Position numbers and translations under genes: made by a program. The notes under the pieces are model-generated. The model was not told the DNA's origin, searched no databases, and saw nothing but the letters and a program-made list of their open reading frames with translations. From Octopus bimaculoides (Eukaryota), in contig NC_068986.1 of the NCBI RefSeq assembly GCF_001194135.2, positions 81,789,001-81,853,000 on the forward strand: a stretch of 64,000 nt of DNA. Direction: 5' to 3'. Below, in pieces: positions 63,775 through 64,000 of this stretch (positions are counted from its first letter, which is position 1; each line of letters opens with the position of its first letter).

Positions 63775-63939
63775 AATATAAAAACATATTAAAAAAACCT
63801 CATATTAAAATATATTATAAAATTATATATACATAAAAAAAAAATCTATACACATACAAACCACCATACACACATATATACATACATACATATATACATA
63901 TATATACATATATACACACATACAAAACATCACACACAC

Positions 63940-63970
<31 letters not shown>

Positions 63971-64000
63971 TATACACATATACATACATAAACATACATA

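Noticed and set aside
57594-64000. Next Pka-R1 exon (expected ...[21 protein letters not shown]...)
   Set aside because: No matching coding sequence found; it should lie beyond the window end.

Overview
AT-rich, microsatellite-dense animal genomic DNA with eight N gaps. The repeat content (RTE-type LINE tails ending in (GAT)n, tRNA-headed SINEs, TTAA-flanked MITEs) points to an octopus genome; the species is inferred, not verified. The whole window lies inside one + strand gene, the type I regulatory subunit of cAMP-dependent protein kinase (Pka-R1/PRKAR1A-B orthologue). Four coding exons are present: 1191-1355, 32260-32351, 44753-44814 and 57547-57593 (165, 92, 62 and 47 nt), joined by GT-AG introns of 30.9, 12.4 and 12.7 kb. 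They encode the linker with the RRGGV pseudosubstrate site and the start of cAMP-binding domain A. The N-terminal dimerization exon and the rest of the gene lie outside the window. The introns are mostly transposon debris. Most notable: an apparently young antisense solo LTR with TG..CA ends and a 4-bp TSD; a mariner relic inserted into a TTAA MITE whose empty-site version is also in the window; a 120-bp-arm hairpin whose two arms together reconstruct a hammerhead-like motif; a tandem array of ~44-nt hairpins; an RTE fragment with a PHD-type finger inside the RT region; a possible decayed antisense VLIG/GVIN1-like pseudogene; and a ~96% identical inverted repeat pair flanking the 62-nt exon. 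I found no convincing wholly new system. Family names for repeats come from motif recall, not database searches, and repeat boundaries are approximate unless a TSD is given.
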